This document shows, one piece after another, positions 57,781 through 61,498 of a stretch of 61,498 bases of DNA. The translations under genes and the position numbers were made by a program. The stretch lies in IMG/VR virus record IMGVR_UViG_3300042695_000123, positions 1-61,498 of that record; one strand, given 5' to 3'. Position 1 is the stretch's first letter, and each line of letters opens with the position of its first letter. Origin of the DNA: a virus (taxonomy: Duplodnaviria; Caudoviricetes). The notes beneath the pieces were generated by a model that was not told where the DNA came from, searched no databases, and saw only the letters and a list, made by a program, of their open reading frames with translations.

Positions 57781-60471
57781 ATGACTACAGGCGCAACGGC
57801 ACAATTAGGTTTAGCTCTACCAGTACAGGGCGAACTCTCCGGCACATGGGGCGACACCGTAAACAACGGTATTACGCAATACACAAACATTGCCATTGCG
57901 GGAACTTTGACCCTGACCAATGACGGTGCAGTCACTTTGGCCAATACCACGGGCGATGCTTCAGCTTCTAACATTACATCCAGTCTGACAGGCGCGGGCA
58001 CAGTCACAGCGCAGTTTGCTATTGTGCGAGTCACAGGTACGCTTACTACTGCCAAGGTAGTCACAGGCCCAAGTTACAGCAAGACATATACAGTGGTGAA
58101 CGCTGCCACGGGCGGTATAGTAACGTTTAAAGCATCAGGCCAGACCGGTGTTTCTATCGCTGTAGGCGAGACAGCATTTGTTTATTTCAACGGTACAGAC
58201 TATGTGAAGGTTGTTGGTACAGCCACGGCTGGTGCTGCTGGTGGCTCTAACACTCAAGTTCAGTTCAACAGTTCTGGTGTGTTGGCTGGTTCTTCAAACA
58301 TGACGTTTAACGGAACCACGTTAACTGTCAATGACCTGACTGATTCGTCTTTGACGGCTACTCGTGTTGTATATGCTGGTGCATCAGGTAATTTGGTTGA
58401 TTCTGCCAATTTAACATTTGACGGCACTACGCTGACAGCAAACGCTTTGACGGTTACAAACGCTGTAACCCTCTCTGGAGGTACTGCCAACGGAGTAGCG
58501 TATTTAAACGGCTCTAAGGTTGTTACAAGCGGTTCTGCGCTTACTTTTGATGGGACTACATTAAGCAATTCGGTAAGCGGAACGCCTTTAAGCCTAAATA
58601 GAACTGGTGCAGGGACTGCGTTAATTGAACTCAAACAAAGCGGTACTGTTGGCAGTTACATTGGAACAAGTGGTTCTAGCGATGTAATTTTCTTTAATGG
58701 TTCTGCTTCTGAATTGATGCGCTTAAATGGCACAGGTCTGGGTATTGGTACAAGTAGTCCTGCGGCAAAACTTGATGTTCTTGGTGCAAGTGCAGGGGCA
58801 ACAGTTTCTCAATTTACCTCTAATGAAACTGGAACAACTACATCTTTGGCGGTGTTTCAAAGATCAGGTGGGGCTGTTGCTGCTGCGATTAAATACAACG
58901 CAACAAATTCTCCGCTAACAATTGATTTTGGCACTACCACTTCTCATGCATTAACATTTTTGACCGCAAACACAGAACGTGCCCGTATAGACTCAAGCGG
59001 TAACTTTATGGTGGGGACTACAAGTGCTACTAGATTTATTGACTTTGAGAAAAATCAAAACGCAAGCACTATTCTCCGAGTTGGGAATACAACATCTGGG
59101 ACAGGCGCATATTCCGCTTTGCAACTTTCGTCAAGTACTACAAGTTATCTGTATAACTTTAGCAATGCCTACACGACAAGCGGAATTTTTGTGGCTGGCG
59201 CTACTGTATTGGATGCAGGTGGTTCTGGAGGACTTTTATTTAATGCTGCATCTGTTGGTATTCTTTTTAATACTGGTTCTACAGAACGTGTCCGTATAGA
59301 CTCAAGCGGTAATGTAGGTATTGGTACAAGTAGTCCTTCCACATATTCTGTTGCTCCAAATCTTGTGGTTGCTGCAAGCGGCGGCGGTGGCATGACCATC
59401 AGAACAAGCAACGCTAGTTACGGCGGTGTGTTTTTTGCCGATGGAACAACAGGAGACGAGCAATATCGTGGTTTTGTTCAATACAACCATAACTATGCTG
59501 GCGTTGTTGATTCTTTGCTGTTTGGTACAGCAGGAGTAGGGAGGATGACCCTTGACTCATCAGGCAATCTGGGTATTGGTACAAGTAGTCCTAGCCAACG
59601 ACTGGCTTTGCAAGGCAGTTCCACAACATACGCTTTAGCCGAAACAACAGGAACAGGGACAAGTTCTGGCTTCCGAATGAAGGCGGGTGCATCTTCTGAC
59701 TACACATTGTATACAACACAAGGCGTAAATCAGTTTTCTATTTATGATAACGTTGCGTCAGCAGACCGTTTGACGATTTCGTCATCAGGCAATGTAGGTA
59801 TTAGTACAACTACGCCTGCGGCTAAATTGCATATTGCTGTTGCAGATGCGGCAGTTGATGGAACTAAAGGGGTAAGGATAACTAACCCCGCAGGGACAAT
59901 CGTAGTCCTTGAGTGTGGTGTTTCTAGTGATAGTTTTGTTGGAACAACAAGCGGAAGTGATTTCAGTATTCGCAGTAATAATATAGAAAGACTTAAATTT
60001 CCAAATGCTGGTGGTGTTCAAGCAGTAACAACAATTTCTGTTGGTAACGCTACACCTTCAGCAAGCGGTGCAGGCATCACATTCCCAGCAACTCAATCAG
60101 CATCATCAAACGCCAACACGCTAGATGACTATGAGGAGGGTACTTGGACTCCAAATCAAGGCTCAGGGCTTACAGTTGTTGGCACTTTTCAATCTGCTGG
60201 TTACTACACAAAAATAGGCAATCTTGTAACAATTACAGGTTATGTAAGAGGTACAACTAGTGTTGCCTGCGCTGCGGCAGGAATTATTTGCACAAATGCG
60301 CCTTTTGCTGGTGCTGTAGCGGGTATTTTTTGGGTCGGTTCGGTTATTAATTGGAGCGCAGATTCTGGGGCATCTTGCGCTGTTCAACAAGATACATCAA
60401 ATATCTATAATGGAACGGCAGTTACAGCAAGTGACAGGCTTTCATTTTCTATAACTTATAGAGCAGCTTAA
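57781..60471 (+). CDS. Tail fibre / receptor-binding protein
   Basis: Repeated RxDSSGNVGIGTSSP units, LDDYEEGTWTP, YTKIGNLVT. Confidence 0.85.
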   Translation: MTTGATAQLGLALPVQGELSGTWGDTVNNGITQYTNIAIAGTLTLTNDGAVTLANTTGDASASNITSSLTGAGTVTAQFAIVRVTGTLTTAKVVTGPSYSKTYTVVNAATGGIVTFKASGQTGVSIAVGETAFVYFNGTDYVKVVGTATAGAAGGSNTQVQFNSSGVLAGSSNMTFNGTTLTVNDLTDSSLTATRVVYAGASGNLVDSANLTFDGTTLTANALTVTNAVTLSGGTANGVAYLNGSKVVTSGSALTFDGTTLSNSVSGTPLSLNRTGAGTALIELKQSGTVGSYIGTSGSSDVIFFNGSASELMRLNGTGLGIGTSSPAAKLDVLGASAGATVSQFTSNETGTTTSLAVFQRSGGAVAAAIKYNATNSPLTIDFGTTTSHALTFLTANTERARIDSSGNFMVGTTSATRFIDFEKNQNASTILRVGNTTSGTGAYSALQLSSSTTSYLYNFSNAYTTSGIFVAGATVLDAGGSGGLLFNAASVGILFNTGSTERVRIDSSGNVGIGTSSPSTYSVAPNLVVAASGGGGMTIRTSNASYGGVFFADGTTGDEQYRGFVQYNHNYAGVVDSLLFGTAGVGRMTLDSSGNLGIGTSSPSQRLALQGSSTTYALAETTGTGTSSGFRMKAGASSDYTLYTTQGVNQFSIYDNVASADRLTISSSGNVGISTTTPAAKLHIAVADAAVDGTKGVRITNPAGTIVVLECGVSSDSFVGTTSGSDFSIRSNNIERLKFPNAGGVQAVTTISVGNATPSASGAGITFPATQSASSNANTLDDYEEGTWTPNQGSGLTVVGTFQSAGYYTKIGNLVTITGYVRGTTSVACAAAGIICTNAPFAGAVAGIFWVGSVINWSADSGASCAVQQDTSNIYNGTAVTASDRLSFSITYRAA

Positions 60472-60516
60472 TTTATTTGATCCAAACTGACACAAAATCA
60501 ACTTTAAGGAAAAATC

Positions 60517-60777
60517 ATGTCAACATTTACCGAAGTCATTTACATCTCTCAGTTTGACATCCAGCCCAACGGGTGCATTGGCGTTCGAAAGACCACCGAT
60601 GTCCTGAAGGATGGTGTTGTCATCTCGTCAACCTACTGGCGCACAACACTTGTGCCAAACGACCCAACAGCATCAACGGTGCTGGATGAGGCGTACTACG
60701 CCAACATTGCTACATACGCTTGGAGCCAACCATCGCCCCAGCCATATGACCCTAACCCACCACAAATTGGAGCCTAA
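60517..60777 (+). CDS. Tail-fibre accessory protein
   Basis: KDGVVISSTYWR; follows the fibre. Confidence 0.6.
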   Translation: MSTFTEVIYISQFDIQPNGCIGVRKTTDVLKDGVVISSTYWRTTLVPNDPTASTVLDEAYYANIATYAWSQPSPQPYDPNPPQIGA

Positions 60778-60780
60778 ACC

Positions 60781-61107
60781 ATGACTACGACTACAACTTG
60801 GACAGTTACAGCAATGGACTGCTACCCACAAGAAGACGGCAACACCGATGTTGTGTTCACCGTTCACTGGACTTGCTCTGGTACAGACGGTACATACAAC
60901 GCTTCTGTGTACAGCACTTGCGGCATTCCCTTGACCGCTGGCACATTCACGCCCTACGCACAGCTTACTCAAGCTCAAGTATTGGGTTGGATTTGGGCTA
61001 ACGGTGTTGACCAGACTGCCACTGAAGCCGCTGTTGCACAGCAGATCCAAAACCAAATTACCCCTCCAGTGGTGACTCCTGCACTGCCTTGGGCAACTAC
61101 AGTTTAA
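60781..61107 (+). CDS. Tail-fibre accessory protein
   Basis: VFTVHW, FTPYAQLTQAQVLGW, LPW. Confidence 0.65.
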   Translation: MTTTTTWTVTAMDCYPQEDGNTDVVFTVHWTCSGTDGTYNASVYSTCGIPLTAGTFTPYAQLTQAQVLGWIWANGVDQTATEAAVAQQIQNQITPPVVTPALPWATTV

Positions 61108-61135
61108 CGGGAAGCTGCCACCCGACCTTGGCAGC
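61108..61135 (+). promoter_or_regulatory. Putative RNA pseudoknot upstream of an RBS (allele B)
   Basis: GCTGCCA/TGGCAGC stem and CGGG/CCCG pairing. Confidence 0.6.
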
Positions 61136-61152
61136 GCATTAAAGGAAACATC

Positions 61153-61389
61153 ATGGGAAAAAATGAAAAGACCCCTGTGACAATCGATGGCGTTGAGTAC
61201 AAGTTTGAAGACATGACGCAGCAGCAACAGATACTGTTAAACCATGTTGCAGATCTTGATCGCAAATTAGACTCAGCCCGGTTCAATGTAGATCAGTTGC
61301 AAGTTGGCAGAGATGCTTTCTTCACAATGTTAAAGACAGCGTTAGAAGCCAAGCCTGAAGAGGCTGTGTCTGACGTAGAACCTAAGTAA
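61153..61389 (+). CDS. Small coiled-coil phage protein, allele of 341-568
   Basis: SD AAGGA; near-identical to 341-568. Confidence 0.8.
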   Translation: MGKNEKTPVTIDGVEYKFEDMTQQQQILLNHVADLDRKLDSARFNVDQLQVGRDAFFTMLKTALEAKPEEAVSDVEPK

Positions 61390-61498
61390 CCTTGTCTGGG
61401 GGCTTCGGCCCCCGCTGTTTGGTTACTGGAATTTGTTTTGAGTTGTACCTATGATTCCAATAGACCCGATAACAGCGTTAGAAGGACTACAGACTGCA
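61372..61498 (+). repeat. 127-nt exact repeat of 551-677 closing the circle
   Basis: Direct comparison. Confidence 0.9.

Noticed and set aside
57781-60471. Diversity-generating retroelement or invertase switching of the fibre
   Set aside because: No reverse transcriptase, site-specific recombinase or adenine-variant template repeat seen; internal repeats are ordinary fibre units.
61372-61498. Biological direct terminal repeat
   Set aside because: Exactly 127 nt, starts and ends mid-gene and matches an internal position; typical of assembler k-mer overlap.
1-61498. Integrated prophage or plasmid-prophage
   Set aside because: No host genes, integrase or ParA/ParB recognised; lifestyle is unresolved.

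Overview
The window appears to be a near-complete circular genome of a tailed dsDNA phage with a podovirus-like virion. Host is not determinable; a proteobacterial host is inferred. The last 127 nt (61372-61498) are identical to 551-677, and 1-550 looks like an alternative allele of the distal tail-fibre module at 57781-61371. Layout: lysis genes (630-2265); tail nozzle and large internal/ejected virion proteins (2274-22263), including a 2827-aa polyvalent protein; a leftward block of small genes and recombination genes (22250-28089); RusA-like resolvase, a structured non-coding region and a primase-helicase (28109-32851); a leftward early block with SprT-like protease, MoxR/CobS-like AAA+ and split CobT/VWA genes (32911-38845); a DnaA-box cluster; TerS, TerL, portal, GroES-like, scaffold and Mu gpT-like capsid genes (39410-48843); small basic proteins sharing a GG/RADG tag; and head-tail and tail-fibre genes. 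I recognised no DNA polymerase, integrase, canonical tRNA, CRISPR array or reverse transcriptase. Main unexplained signals: (1) GTTTAAAC occurs at least 48 times (about 1 expected); (2) the giant protein has effector domains separated by a repeated [KR][FYL]S[LV] linker downstream of a zinc peptidase; (3) unrelated proteins share a terminal peptide tag; (4) an oriC-like DnaA-box array; (5) several structured RNAs, one showing covariation within the window. All family calls are by-eye motif recognition, not database searches.
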